Shown here: positions 17,000 through 26,526 of the stretch, piece by piece
Layout of the letters: each line of letters opens with the position of its first letter
Position numbering within the stretch: the stretch's first letter is position 1
Source of the DNA: an uncultured archaeon
GTDB lineage: Archaea; Aenigmatarchaeota; Aenigmatarchaeia; GW2011-AR5
Direction of reading: 5' to 3'
Length of the DNA stretch: 44,122 nt
Assembly (NCBI GenBank): GCA_964373695.1
Contig: CAYJVT010000008.1
Span: forward strand, 1-44,122
Translations under genes and position numbers: made by a program
The notes under the pieces: model-generated
Databases searched by the model: none
Told to the model about the DNA's origin: nothing
Seen by the model: the letters and a program-made list of their open reading frames with translations, nothing else

Positions 17000-17335
17000 C
17001 TAGCCCCCTTCACCTGGCGTTTCCTGGAATTTCTGCTGTATCTCGCTTACCTTTTCCTTCAGCCTGCTTTCCTGCTTGTCCGCCGCCTTAAGCTTTATCT
17101 CTATCTCTTCCTTTTCCTCGGCAAGGTCCTTCTTCAGCTTCACCTTCGGGACCTTTATGAGGACAGGGCCTATCGAGCGGTAAATATCATCATCAGCCTT
17201 CTCTATCTCCTCCAGAGCCTTGTCTATCTCCCTCGACTGGAGCGAGAACGCCTGCCTCTGCATGATGATGTTCTGGAGCTGCTGGTTGTATATCTGCAAC
17301 TGCCCTATGAGCTGCTCCGCCTGGTCGTTCTTCAT
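17000..17335 (-). CDS. pfdB: Prefoldin beta subunit
   Basis: QLQIYNQQLQNII.QRQ...EIDKALEEI....DDIYRSIGPVLIK; ATGA overlap with rpoP. Confidence 0.9.
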   Translation of the reverse strand: MKNDQAEQLIGQLQIYNQQLQNIIMQRQAFSLQSREIDKALEEIEKADDDIYRSIGPVLIKVPKVKLKKDLAEEKEEIEIKLKAADKQESRLKEKVSEIQQKFQETPGEGG

Positions 17336-17460
17336 CGCGAGACCACCCTCTTGCGGAACACGGGCCTCGCCTTCGCAAGTATCCTGAAGCCGCAGTACGA
17401 GCAGCGTATCCTGTCCTCTGATTCGCTGACTTTCCTGCATTTCATGCAAACGTACGCCAT
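17332..17460 (-). CDS. rpoP: RNA polymerase subunit P (Rpo12), 42 aa
   Basis: Hand translation MAYVCMKCRKVSESEDRIRCSYCGFRILAKARPVFRKRVVSR; two CxxC motifs; conserved position after rpl37ae. Not in the ORF track. Confidence 0.9.
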   Translation of the reverse strand: MAYVCMKCRKVSESEDRIRCSYCGFRILAKARPVFRKRVVSR

Positions 17461-17461
17461 A

Positions 17462-17644
17462 TCAACCACGGAACTCGAATGCGCCTGACGCGAACTTGGT
17501 GCTGCATTTCCTGCACTGCCAGACGCCGTTCGCCACCCTCTTCACTGCAGTCCTTGAACAGGACGGGCACTTGTATTTCTTCCATGCCTTTTTGTTGACG
17601 TCCCTGACGGCCTGCCTTATCTTCTTTCCGTATCCGACTACCAT
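17462..17644 (-). CDS. rpl37ae: Ribosomal protein L37Ae (eL43), short N-terminus
   Basis: YG.KIR..V......KYKCPSC.RTAVKRVANGVWQCRKC..KFASGAF. Confidence 0.92.
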   Translation of the reverse strand: MVVGYGKKIRQAVRDVNKKAWKKYKCPSCSRTAVKRVANGVWQCRKCSTKFASGAFEFRG

Positions 17645-17687
17645 AATTATCCTTTCAATAAATCCTATAGGAAAGTTTTTAAATGAC

Positions 17688-19556
17688 TTATCTCAGCCTT
17701 ATCGTTTCCAGGTTCTTCGGCGCTAAAGTTTCGACCTTGAACATCTTGTGCACGGCCCTGGCGAGCGAGACGCACCTTAGCGGGTCGCCGTGGTTCACCA
17801 TTATCTTCTTCGGCTTGTTGGACAGGCTCGATATGTAGTTCACGAGCTCCCTGAAGTCGCTGTGGCCGCTCAGTCCTTCTACGGTAACGATTTCCAGGTT
17901 GAGCTCTATGGCCTTCCCGTCTTCGAACTGTATCTGCTTCCAGCCCTTCTGTATCCGCCTTCCTGGCGTGCCTTCGGCCTGGTATCCGACAAATATCAGC
18001 ATATTCTTCGGCTCCGCCGACAGTTCCTTCAGGTACTGCATTATAGGCCCTCCCTGAAGCATGCCTGATGTGGTGAGTATTACGCAGGGCTCTGTGCTCT
18101 CCAGAACCTGCAGCCTCTCCTTCTGCGAGCCAATCCCCTTCAGGCGCGGGTCGAGGAACGGGTTATTGCTCCTGTGAAGTATCCTCGTCTGCATGTATCT
18201 CGACATGAATTCGGGATATGCCGTGTGTATCGCCGTGGCATCCCACACCATTCCGTCAAGGTACATTTGAGTGTCTATGTTGCTGTCGGTGAGTATGCTT
18301 ATAACGTCCTGGCCCCGGCCAACCGCGAAGGTGGGTATTATCGCCTTGCCCCCGCGCTCCAGGCACTTTTTGATGCTTTCAATGAGAATTCTTTCGGCCT
18401 CGTTCCTCGGCTGGTGGTGGCTGTCCTCGTTCCCGTAAGTCGACTCTATTATTACGGCCTCCACCCTGGTGAAATCGTTAGACGTGGGCTCGAACATCCG
18501 GGTCGACTCGAACTTCACGTCTCCTGTGTACAGCAGGTTGTAGAGGCCGTCGCCTATATGAAGATGGACGACCGACGAGCCGAGGAGGTGGCCTGCGTTC
18601 TGCAGAGTCAGCCTCATGTCCGGCGCGATGTCGCTCACCTCGCCGTAGTCGAGCGTTATGCAGTGCTTTATCATCTCCTCTATGCCTTTCGACGTGTAGA
18701 ACGGCTTCCTGTTCTCCCTGTGGCATATCTGTATGTAGTCAAGCTGCAGCAGGGCCGCAAGGTCCCTCGTGGGCCTGGTGCAGTACAGCGGCCCGCGGAA
18801 GCCGAACTCGTAAAGAAACGGGATGACGCCGCTGTGATCAGAATGGGCGTGCGAAAGCACTACAGCATCAAGCGACTGTATGTTGAACTCCGATACATCT
18901 AGGTACGGGAACGGCTTTGACAGGTTGCTCCCCGTCGCGAAGCCGCAGTCCATCAGCACCCTCGTCTGCGGCGTCTGGAGCAGGATGCAGGAGCGTCCGA
19001 CCTCGCGGAAGCCGCCCAGCGCAGTCACCCGTATCCACTCGATTTCCTTGCTTTCGGAGTATATCTTCTCGCCGAGCTTGTTGAGGAATTTCTTCCGGTA
19101 GCCGGCCTCGTTGTGCAGCATCTTTCTTATGGAGCGTATTATCTCCGAGTCTATGACAGGCGCCCTCTTTATGTCAGGCGTCCAGAAAGTCTTCTCCTTT
19201 ATAATGCCAAGGGTTTCGCCGCTCTTGCCGATGACAAGCCCGGGCTTCTCCGCGTGTATCACAACTTTGGCGAATTCAGGCTCGAAGTAGATGTCCTTTA
19301 TAGCGGCATCCTTCGGGACCGTGTTGCGTATGAAGTCCTCGGTGTCCTCCTCGCCTGATATCAGCGACGGGTCGGCCCTGACCTCTATCCTCTTCTTCAC
19401 CTTGCTTACTATCCTCTTTATCTCCGGGGTGCACGTCTTGAAGAAATCCTTGTTCCCCGTGTAGAGTATTATCTCGCTGCCTTCGTATGATACGTCCGTT
19501 ATGTTCGCGTTTTTCGGGAGTTCTTCCTTTATCTCATCCAGAATCAAGATGTTCAC
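17688..19556 (-). CDS. aCPSF1/FttA beta-CASP ribonuclease with KH domains
   Basis: LGGFREVGRSC, LSHAHSDHSG (metallo-beta-lactamase), AGHLLGS, YTGD, ESTYG and GLSGHSD motifs. Confidence 0.95.
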   Translation of the reverse strand: MNILILDEIKEELPKNANITDVSYEGSEIILYTGNKDFFKTCTPEIKRIVSKVKKRIEVRADPSLISGEEDTEDFIRNTVPKDAAIKDIYFEPEFAKVVIHAEKPGLVIGKSGETLGIIKEKTFWTPDIKRAPVIDSEIIRSIRKMLHNEAGYRKKFLNKLGEKIYSESKEIEWIRVTALGGFREVGRSCILLQTPQTRVLMDCGFATGSNLSKPFPYLDVSEFNIQSLDAVVLSHAHSDHSGVIPFLYEFGFRGPLYCTRPTRDLAALLQLDYIQICHRENRKPFYTSKGIEEMIKHCITLDYGEVSDIAPDMRLTLQNAGHLLGSSVVHLHIGDGLYNLLYTGDVKFESTRMFEPTSNDFTRVEAVIIESTYGNEDSHHQPRNEAERILIESIKKCLERGGKAIIPTFAVGRGQDVISILTDSNIDTQMYLDGMVWDATAIHTAYPEFMSRYMQTRILHRSNNPFLDPRLKGIGSQKERLQVLESTEPCVILTTSGMLQGGPIMQYLKELSAEPKNMLIFVGYQAEGTPGRRIQKGWKQIQFEDGKAIELNLEIVTVEGLSGHSDFRELVNYISSLSNKPKKIMVNHGDPLRCVSLARAVHKMFKVETLAPKNLETIRLR

Positions 19557-19585
19557 CGCTTGTTCAGTATATGAAAAATCAGCTC

Positions 19586-20206
19586 TTATTTTGCCAGTTC
19601 AATGACCTTTTCCTCGTCGACCATCTGGGCCCCGTTCTTGTCGATGACAAGGACGTTTATGTTCTTTCCTCCGGAGAATATGTCGCGCTCCCTGGCGGAC
19701 CTTATAGCCCGGACGACGAGCTTTATCCCTTCCTCCCTCGACATGTTGGGCTTGTATTCGTTCTCGAGAACGCCGTATGCGAACGGGGAGCCGGAGCCGG
19801 TCGCGGTGAAGTCATCCTTTTCAAGGCCTCCGACTGGGTCTATGCTGTATATGTGGTAGCCGTTCCTGTCCGCGCCGCCTATGATAAGCATAGCCATGTA
19901 AGGATAATATCTGTTATTCTGGAGTATGTTTGAGAGAAGGTTCACTGCCGCGTTCACGGTGAAATCCGAATTCCTTGTAAGCTTGTATATCTGTATCTCC
20001 GCCTTCAGCACCCTGGCGAGCTGCTGGGTGTCTCCGGCCCCGCCGGCCGTCGTTATCGCTATCTTGTCGTCAACCTTGTATATCTTCTGGGACGTCTTGC
20101 TGGATATGAGATATCCGAGCGTGCTCTTGCTCTCGGCCGCAAGTATTACGCAGTCCTTGCACGCGATTCCTACTGTCGTTGTCCCCGTCTTTTTGGTTTC
20201 CATCAT
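19586..20206 (-). CDS. psmB: Proteasome subunit beta
   Basis: Short propeptide then KTG|TTTVG; TGSGSPFAYGVLE; RDIFSGG. Confidence 0.95.
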   Translation of the reverse strand: MMETKKTGTTTVGIACKDCVILAAESKSTLGYLISSKTSQKIYKVDDKIAITTAGGAGDTQQLARVLKAEIQIYKLTRNSDFTVNAAVNLLSNILQNNRYYPYMAMLIIGGADRNGYHIYSIDPVGGLEKDDFTATGSGSPFAYGVLENEYKPNMSREEGIKLVVRAIRSARERDIFSGGKNINVLVIDKNGAQMVDEEKVIELAK

Positions 20207-20329
20207 GAAAAAAACCTCCGTTACTTTCGAAATCCAGAAACCCCTGGGGTTCCTTGGTGCCAGAAAGCTTCATAGCCGCAAAGTTTTTCAGAAGCTGATT
20301 AATTCTAAATGAGCTGTTAAGTATTTAAA

Positions 20330-20357
20330 CGTTAAAATTCCCGCTGGGATTTTAACG
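20330..20357. repeat. Hairpin next to a TATA-like element
   Basis: cgttaaaat(t)ccc-gct-gggattttaacg; a related motif occurs at 23816-23850. Confidence 0.55.
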
Positions 20358-20386
20358 GCAATCCTAATTACTGGAAGAATTCGGAT

Positions 20387-20569
20387 TCAGACGTTAATCC
20401 GGCTTTGCTCTATAACTTTTTGCTTGTTAATGGCCTTCTGCTTGTGCTCGCATTGGGTGTGGAACTCGTGCTTGAGGCAGTCTGTGGTCGCAAATCCTCC
20501 TGCATAGCACTCCAGGTGCATCGACATGAACGGACACCTTTTTTTGTTCAGTACGTGTTCCGGGTGCAT
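20387..20569 (-). CDS. Small Cys/His-rich hypothetical protein (60 aa)
   Basis: RCPFM..HLECY...F..TDCL.HEFHTQCEH; TTTATA about 26 nt upstream of the ATG. Confidence 0.5.
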   Translation of the reverse strand: MHPEHVLNKKRCPFMSMHLECYAGGFATTDCLKHEFHTQCEHKQKAINKQKVIEQSRINV

Positions 20570-20641
20570 TGTAATAATTATGGGAGTTTTCCGCTATAAA
20601 GCTTTTCTGCCCCTTATATAATTTTTCCCCATTATTTCGTC

Positions 20642-21301
20642 ATGTACAAGGCAGTTCTCTTTGACCTGGACGGCACCCTCGTCCACACGCCGTTTGAATA
20701 CGTGAGCGATGTGGTGGGCAGGACTCTGAGAGACTTGGGTCTTTCGTCCGGCGAGGACGGAATGCGCCGCTTCTGGTATGAGCCCTTCAGGGGGAGGACG
20801 ATAAGGGAAGTTTTCGGCGCGGAGCCTGATAAATTCTGGCCTATCATGAGAAGTTACGACACGTCGGAAGCCAGGATGCGTGTCGCGAGGCCGTACGACG
20901 ATTCAGGCTTTGTCGCCGAATTAAGGGCATGTGGGTACAGGACCGGCATAGTGACCGGCGCACCTTCTAATATCATGTTGTATGAAGTCGACATGCTGGG
21001 TAATATGTTCGGCGGAGCGGAAAATTTCGGGCCCGTCATAAGGGCGCAGAGGTCGAGCGGCGTGGAGCCCAAGCCGCACCCCGAAGGCATACACAGATGC
21101 CTCGGTGAACTGCAGGTGAATGCCCATGAAGCGATGTACGTCGGCAACTGGCCCGAGGACATCAACGCCGCGAAAGCCGCCGGCGTTCTGGACGTTCACA
21201 TGGACAGAAAGGAGCATCCGGTGAACGGCGTAGAGCCGTCGGTAAGTATCAGCTCCCTCTACGAGCTTCGTCCAATACTGCTGCCTCGTAATACTCCATG
21301 A
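20642..21301 (+). CDS. HAD-superfamily hydrolase
   Basis: LFDLDGTL, IVTG, KPHP and YVGNWPEDI..AKAAG motifs. Confidence 0.9.
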   Translation: MYKAVLFDLDGTLVHTPFEYVSDVVGRTLRDLGLSSGEDGMRRFWYEPFRGRTIREVFGAEPDKFWPIMRSYDTSEARMRVARPYDDSGFVAELRACGYRTGIVTGAPSNIMLYEVDMLGNMFGGAENFGPVIRAQRSSGVEPKPHPEGIHRCLGELQVNAHEAMYVGNWPEDINAAKAAGVLDVHMDRKEHPVNGVEPSVSISSLYELRPILLPRNTP

Positions 21302-21632
21302 CAGCCTTGAACTCCCTACGGGAAAATTTGGCCCTCTGCGAATGCTCGTACGTCCTTCTCACGATGAGCCCGCCGAAAAGCGTCCGCCTCGCTTCGTCCC
21401 TTTCGTTCAGCTCCTTGTAACGCGGCGAGAATCCGAGTTCGTATAACATCATTTCAATTTCTCTCGGCCCAAGATAGTAAGAATAGCTAGTAAGATGCCC
21501 GGCCTTGTCGTATGCGGCGCCGTACTGCAGAGTCGTCGGCCTCTTCCACAACCTTTCGGCTTCCGGCCCGACCACATGCAGCATGCCCTCGGCAAAATGC
21601 ACCCGGAAGTCGTCGGAAGCTGAAAAATACAT
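21249..21632 (-). CDS. Hypothetical protein (127 aa)
   Basis: ORF directly downstream of proS on the same strand; no motif recognised. Confidence 0.5.
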   Translation of the reverse strand: MYFSASDDFRVHFAEGMLHVVGPEAERLWKRPTTLQYGAAYDKAGHLTSYSYYLGPREIEMMLYELGFSPRYKELNERDEARRTLFGGLIVRRTYEHSQRAKFSRREFKAVMEYYEAAVLDEARRGS

Positions 21633-21657
21633 GATATATTTACACTTCAGAAAAAAT

Positions 21658-23103
21658 TTAATAAGCCTTCGCGACGTAGACCTCGTGCATCGCGTGGCCG
21701 CCGCATACTATGCATTCTTTTCCTTTGAGGCTCTCCTTCCTTCCGAATAAAGTGCCGCGAACTTTGGCGTGCACGCCCTCTATCTTTGCCGCGCAGTTCT
21801 CCCCCTCCTTTTCCACGCTGCAGAAGGGCACCCTCACGAATCCGCCGTCGTCAAGCTTCGCCTCCATCTCCTTGAAGCTCTTGGCCTCGCTGACGAAGGC
21901 GATGAACTTCTTCTCGGCCGCGAACTTCATCTTGGAGAATATGTCCGAAAGGAGCTCCTCCACCTTCTGTGTCATGTCTTCGTCCGGAACCACGTACTTC
22001 TCGCCGGTGTCGCGCCTCACCAGTGTGACTTCCTTCTTCTCAACGTCGCGCGGGCCGACCTCGAGTCGCAGCGACACGCCCCTCATCTCCCACTCGTTGA
22101 ACTTGAACCCGGGCCTGTAATTCCTGAGGTCAAGCTTCACCCTGTAGTTCGACAGCTTCTTCTCAAGGGCAGCGCACTTCTTCTCGACCTCATTCCCGCT
22201 GTCTTTCATTGGTATCGGCACGATGACTATCTGGACGGGCGATACGGACGGCGGCAGCAAGAGGCCCTTGTCGTCGCCGTGGACGCATATCAGCGCCGAG
22301 ACTATCCTCGATATGCCGGGGCCGAAGCACGTCTGGTAGGCGTGCTCCTCCTCCTGCTTCTCGTTGAGGAATTTTATGTCGAAGGCCTTTGCAAATTTCT
22401 GGCCGAGGTTGTGTGTGGTCGCTATCTGCAGCGACCTGCCGTCAGGCAGCAGCGTGTCGTATGCATAGGTGCTTTCAGCCCCGGGAAACCTGTCCCAGGA
22501 AGGCCTCTCGAAAAGCATGAAGGGTATCGCAAGGCGCAAGAAGACGTCCTTCGATATCGCCATGTCCTCGTCTATCTGTTTCTTCGCGGCGTCTGGCGAG
22601 TTCTGCGCCGTGTGCGTCTCTATCCAGAAAAATTCGCGGCCGCGCATGAGGGGCTTCGTCATCTTGGTCTCGTACCTGTAGACCTGGACGGTCTGGTAGA
22701 GCTTCAGCGGCATGTCGTTGTATGAGCGTATCCACAGCGAGAACATCGGGTAGAACGCCGTCTCTGAAGTGGGACGGAGGAAAAGCCTTTCCTCAAGCTG
22801 GTTATCGCCGGCGTGCGTTATCCAGAAGACCTCCTTCTCGAATCCCCTGACATGCTCCTTCTCCTTGCTTAAGTTGGCTTCGGGTATCATGACGGGGAAG
22901 TTTACCGGCTCGTGCCCCGTCTTTTCAAGGCCCTCTTCGAGCATCTTTGCAACATGCCTTATCAGGAACGTCCCCCACGGCATGTAGACCGGGAATCCCT
23001 TTATCGGGTATCTTTGGTCTATTATGCCCGCTTTCGTGACCACTTCGGAATACCATTCGCTGAAATTGTCCTTCCCGCTTTTTATGCCAAGCTCTTCTGC
23101 CAT
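21658..23103 (-). CDS. proS: Prolyl-tRNA synthetase (archaeal/eukaryotic type)
   Basis: LRPTSET, YRYETK..PL.RGREF, LQIATTHNLGQKF and GPGISR motifs; C-terminal YVAKAY. Confidence 0.96.
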   Translation of the reverse strand: MAEELGIKSGKDNFSEWYSEVVTKAGIIDQRYPIKGFPVYMPWGTFLIRHVAKMLEEGLEKTGHEPVNFPVMIPEANLSKEKEHVRGFEKEVFWITHAGDNQLEERLFLRPTSETAFYPMFSLWIRSYNDMPLKLYQTVQVYRYETKMTKPLMRGREFFWIETHTAQNSPDAAKKQIDEDMAISKDVFLRLAIPFMLFERPSWDRFPGAESTYAYDTLLPDGRSLQIATTHNLGQKFAKAFDIKFLNEKQEEEHAYQTCFGPGISRIVSALICVHGDDKGLLLPPSVSPVQIVIVPIPMKDSGNEVEKKCAALEKKLSNYRVKLDLRNYRPGFKFNEWEMRGVSLRLEVGPRDVEKKEVTLVRRDTGEKYVVPDEDMTQKVEELLSDIFSKMKFAAEKKFIAFVSEAKSFKEMEAKLDDGGFVRVPFCSVEKEGENCAAKIEGVHAKVRGTLFGRKESLKGKECIVCGGHAMHEVYVAKAY

Positions 23104-23135
23104 GTGAATTAATTGTCGGAGAGAATCTTAAATAT

Positions 23136-23792
23136 TCATTTCCTCAAAGCGGCATACTTGCAGTGCCCGCACCCGGCCGAAGGCTGCGGCGGCTCGTCGC
23201 TCCTCAAGCACTCCACGGCGCTGCGGAAAAGCGCTTCGGCATTCTCCGGCTTCGTTACCATCTTCACCGGCTTCGTGTCGAACATCACGACCCCGTTGTC
23301 GATGACCTTGTCCGGATAATAGAACAGGAGGTATCCGTAGTGTCCGGCTTCGAACCCGTTCTTCTCGAGGAGGTACGTGTATATGTCGAGCTGGCCCTGG
23401 TAATGCTCGTGTGTGTCCTCTTTGAGGGGGAAGCCTCTCGTCTTGAAGTCCAGGATGACCATCTTCCCGTCGATGACCAGTATGTCGTCGACCACTCCTT
23501 TCAGTATGGCATCCAGTGACTTGTCCTCGTATACAATTCCTTTCATCATGCTGCGCCATGCGTTCAGCAGCCTGATGTCGTCGAAGAGGCGGGCGCCGTC
23601 CAATTCTTTTAGTTCTGGCGGCAGGGCCTTTCCCCTGAACGAGTCAAAATAATGCTTTATCACCATGTCCATGCCGCCCGGCAGCGACGGGAATATCGTG
23701 TCAGGGCGTTTTATCCCCATGCGGAACTGGAGCCAGAAGCACAGCGGGCATTCCCTGAAAATGCTGATGGTGCTGTTGGAGAGCTTTATCAT
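23136..23792 (-). CDS. PD-(D/E)XK RecB/Cas4-like nuclease
   Basis: ECPLCFW, GVVDDIL, ILDFKT, YQGQL.IY..LL and a C-terminal CGHCKY (four-Cys arrangement). Confidence 0.8.
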   Translation of the reverse strand: MIKLSNSTISIFRECPLCFWLQFRMGIKRPDTIFPSLPGGMDMVIKHYFDSFRGKALPPELKELDGARLFDDIRLLNAWRSMMKGIVYEDKSLDAILKGVVDDILVIDGKMVILDFKTRGFPLKEDTHEHYQGQLDIYTYLLEKNGFEAGHYGYLLFYYPDKVIDNGVVMFDTKPVKMVTKPENAEALFRSAVECLRSDEPPQPSAGCGHCKYAALRK

Positions 23793-23850
23793 GCAAATCA
23801 ATAGCCATTATTAAATTTAAACGTCTAAAATCCCGTTCTTCGATGGGATT

Positions 23851-23960
23851 GTCAACGACCACCGTCTGAAGACGGTGGCTTGTTAAAATACAACAAGTTC
23901 ATTGAGCATCTCAGATTCCACTATTTGACATGCAAATCCACTGCCTTGCGCAGTGGATTT
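23851..23960 (+). mobile_element. IS200/IS605-type end hairpin remnant / palindrome-associated miniature element
   Basis: GTCAACGACCACCGTCTGAAGACGGTGGCTTG has the GTCAAC..hairpin(CTGAAG loop)..GGCTTG pattern of IS200/IS605 (IscB-type) ends. It is followed by CTTGTT/AACAAG and a second 11-bp hairpin, AAATCCACTGC/GCAGTGGATTT (23934-23960). Confidence 0.55.
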
Positions 23961-23984
23961 TTAAAACTGACAAAACAAATGATT

Positions 23985-26441
23985 ATGATGCACAATACAG
24001 TCATACCGTCCAATTACCGCGTAAGATTCGACGTCGACATGGAGAAGTCCGTGTTCTACGGGAGCGAGCTCATAAGGGCTTCCGTCAGGGGCGGCGTGGA
24101 AAGGATAAGCCTGGATTCGTTGGGGCTCAAGATATCATCATGCAGGGTGAGAAGCGGGGGGAAGGAAGTCGCCTCTTCGTCAAAAACCAGCGAGAAGAAG
24201 GAGAAGCTGGAGATACTTCTAGGCAGGAAGGTGTCGGGGAGCATTGAAATATTACTGGAGTTCGAGGGCCGACTCGAGGGCGGCCTCTCGGGTTTCTACA
24301 GGAGCGTCTACAGGGACAAAGGAAAGACATGCTACATGGCAACCACCCACTTCGAGCCGGCTGACGCAAGGAGGGCATTCCCGTGCTTCGACAGGCCGGA
24401 CATGAAGGCGACGTTCGACATGTCAATCGCCGCGGGAAAAGAGATGAAGGCCATATCCAACATGCCGGTGAAGGCGGAGCGCGCGGAAGGCAACAGGAAG
24501 ATATTCGAGTTTGAAAGGACCCCGCGTATGTCCACCTACCTGGTATATCTCGGCGTCGGCGACTTCGAGTTCATCGAAGGAAAGGCCGAAGGCGTCAAAA
24601 TACGCATAGCGACTGTCCCGGGGAAGTCCGGGCAGGGGAAGTTCGCCATGGATTGCGCCAGGAAATTCCTCGGATACTACAACAAATATTTCGGCATAAA
24701 ATATCCTCTTCCCAAGCTCGACCTCATAGCCGTGCCTGATTTCGCCGCAGGCGCGATGGAGAACTGGGGCGCCATAACGTTCAGGGAGATAGAGCTGCTG
24801 TTCGACCCGGATATAAACTCCTCCCAGCGGCAGCAGAGGATAGCGAAGGTCATAGCGCACGAGATGGCCCACATGTGGTTCGGCGACCTCGTGACGATGA
24901 AATGGTGGAACGACCTGTGGCTGAACGAGAGCTTCGCGACATGGATAGAGTACAAGGCCGTCGACCGCTTTTTCCCTGAATGGGAATCGTGGAAGCAGTT
25001 TCTTGACGAAGTGACCGAAGGCGCCCTGGGTCTCGATTCCATGAAATCGTCCCATCCGATAGAGGCCGACGTCAGGAAGCCGCAGGAGATAAGCGAGATA
25101 TTCGACCTCATAAGCTACAGCAAGGGCGGCAGCGTGATAAGGATGCTCGAGGATTTCATGGGGGAGGAAACTTTCCGGAAAGGCCTTGAGCTGTACATGA
25201 AGAGGCACAAATACGGCAATGCGACAACGGAAGATTTGTGGGCTGCCCTGAGAAAGGCGTCGGGAATTGACGTGAAGAAGATGATGTCGGGATGGATAAA
25301 GCAGGCCGGATATCCCATGATAGAAGTCGAAAAAAAAGGGCCGGTAACGGTTCTGTCCCAGAAAAGATTCCTTATGGAAGGGGATGACAAGGCATCAGTA
25401 TGGGAAATACCGGTGAAGGCGGCGGGATTCTCTTTTGTGATGGACAAGCCGAGGAAAGAAATTCGGTCAAAAGATATAACGAAGCTTAATTCGGGACAGA
25501 CTGGTTTTTACAGGGTGTCATATAACGATGCTCTGGGGGACTTCGTGCCGTTCGAGAAAAATACCGGGGACATGGACAAGTGGGGCCTTCAGAGCGACCT
25601 GTTCGCGCTTGCCATGTCGTGCAGGAGGCCTTTTGATGATTATCTGGATTTCATAAAGAACTACTCGGATGAAAGGGACTACATGGTGTGCAGGGACATA
25701 TCCCAGAGCCTTTACTACATCTACCTTCTCTCCGGCGGAAAGCTTCGGGACAGAACAAGGGAGGCGGCCCTGCGATTCAATAGTAACGTTATAGGATGGC
25801 TCGGATGGAAGCCCAAGGAAAAAGAGAACAAAAACTATTCCACGCTCAGAAGTTCCGCAATAATATCTTTAGCGAGGATGGGAAACACGGAGGCCGTGAA
25901 TATGGCTGAGGCAGAGATGAAAAAAATCCTCTATGGCAAGGCGAAGCCCCATCCGGACATGGCTGGGCTCATCTACAGTGCAGCTGCGTGGGGCGGCGGC
26001 AGGGAGCTTTACGAAAGGATGAAGAAGCGCTATAAAGAATCTGATATCCCGGAGGAACAGAGGAGGCTCCTGATAGCATTGAGCTCGTTCAGCAAGAAAG
26101 ACCTGTTGCAGGATGCGCTTGACTTCTCCGTTTCATCTGACGTAAGGCCGCAGGACACTTTCGTCATCACTCTCTCGGTGTCCGGCAATCCAGAAGGGAA
26201 AGACCTCGTATGGCCGTGGCTGAAAAACAATTGGAGGGTATTGGAGGAAAGATACAAGGGAAGTTCGGCAAAGAACCTGACAACCATGGTGGAGTCCGTC
26301 AGGATATTGTCGGATGCCGCGGCGGAAAAGGATATCTCGGCGTTCTTCAGGAACCGCCCGAAAGAAGGGCTCGAGATGACGCTCAGGCAAACACTCGAGA
26401 AAATCCGCATCAACAGGAAGTTTCTTAAGAGGAATTCGTGA
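23985..26441 (+). CDS. pepN: M1-family aminopeptidase (aminopeptidase N / tricorn-interacting factor type)
   Basis: THFEPADARRAFPCFD, GAMENWG, AHEMAHMWFG..W..LWLNES and YSKGGSVIRML motifs. Confidence 0.93.
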   Translation: MMHNTVIPSNYRVRFDVDMEKSVFYGSELIRASVRGGVERISLDSLGLKISSCRVRSGGKEVASSSKTSEKKEKLEILLGRKVSGSIEILLEFEGRLEGGLSGFYRSVYRDKGKTCYMATTHFEPADARRAFPCFDRPDMKATFDMSIAAGKEMKAISNMPVKAERAEGNRKIFEFERTPRMSTYLVYLGVGDFEFIEGKAEGVKIRIATVPGKSGQGKFAMDCARKFLGYYNKYFGIKYPLPKLDLIAVPDFAAGAMENWGAITFREIELLFDPDINSSQRQQRIAKVIAHEMAHMWFGDLVTMKWWNDLWLNESFATWIEYKAVDRFFPEWESWKQFLDEVTEGALGLDSMKSSHPIEADVRKPQEISEIFDLISYSKGGSVIRMLEDFMGEETFRKGLELYMKRHKYGNATTEDLWAALRKASGIDVKKMMSGWIKQAGYPMIEVEKKGPVTVLSQKRFLMEGDDKASVWEIPVKAAGFSFVMDKPRKEIRSKDITKLNSGQTGFYRVSYNDALGDFVPFEKNTGDMDKWGLQSDLFALAMSCRRPFDDYLDFIKNYSDERDYMVCRDISQSLYYIYLLSGGKLRDRTREAALRFNSNVIGWLGWKPKEKENKNYSTLRSSAIISLARMGNTEAVNMAEAEMKKILYGKAKPHPDMAGLIYSAAAWGGGRELYERMKKRYKESDIPEEQRRLLIALSSFSKKDLLQDALDFSVSSDVRPQDTFVITLSVSGNPEGKDLVWPWLKNNWRVLEERYKGSSAKNLTTMVESVRILSDAAAEKDISAFFRNRPKEGLEMTLRQTLEKIRINRKFLKRNS

Positions 26442-26526
26442 ATGACGTTTCTATAGATAATAATATTTCTTTTAATAGGAGATGAGTAAACCGTTAGAGA
26501 AGAACCTAGGTTCTTTCTCTCCGGAA

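Noticed and set aside
23963-23975. 13-nt match (aaaactgacaaaa) to the tRNA-Pro(UGG) intron 2 hairpin arm
   Set aside because: Short and low-complexity; plausibly chance in AT-rich DNA.
26496-26520. Palindrome agaacctaggttct between pepN and the tRNA, and the hairpin cggcgtc-tggaa-gacgccg after rps26e
   Set aside because: Most simply explained as ordinary terminator or processing hairpins.
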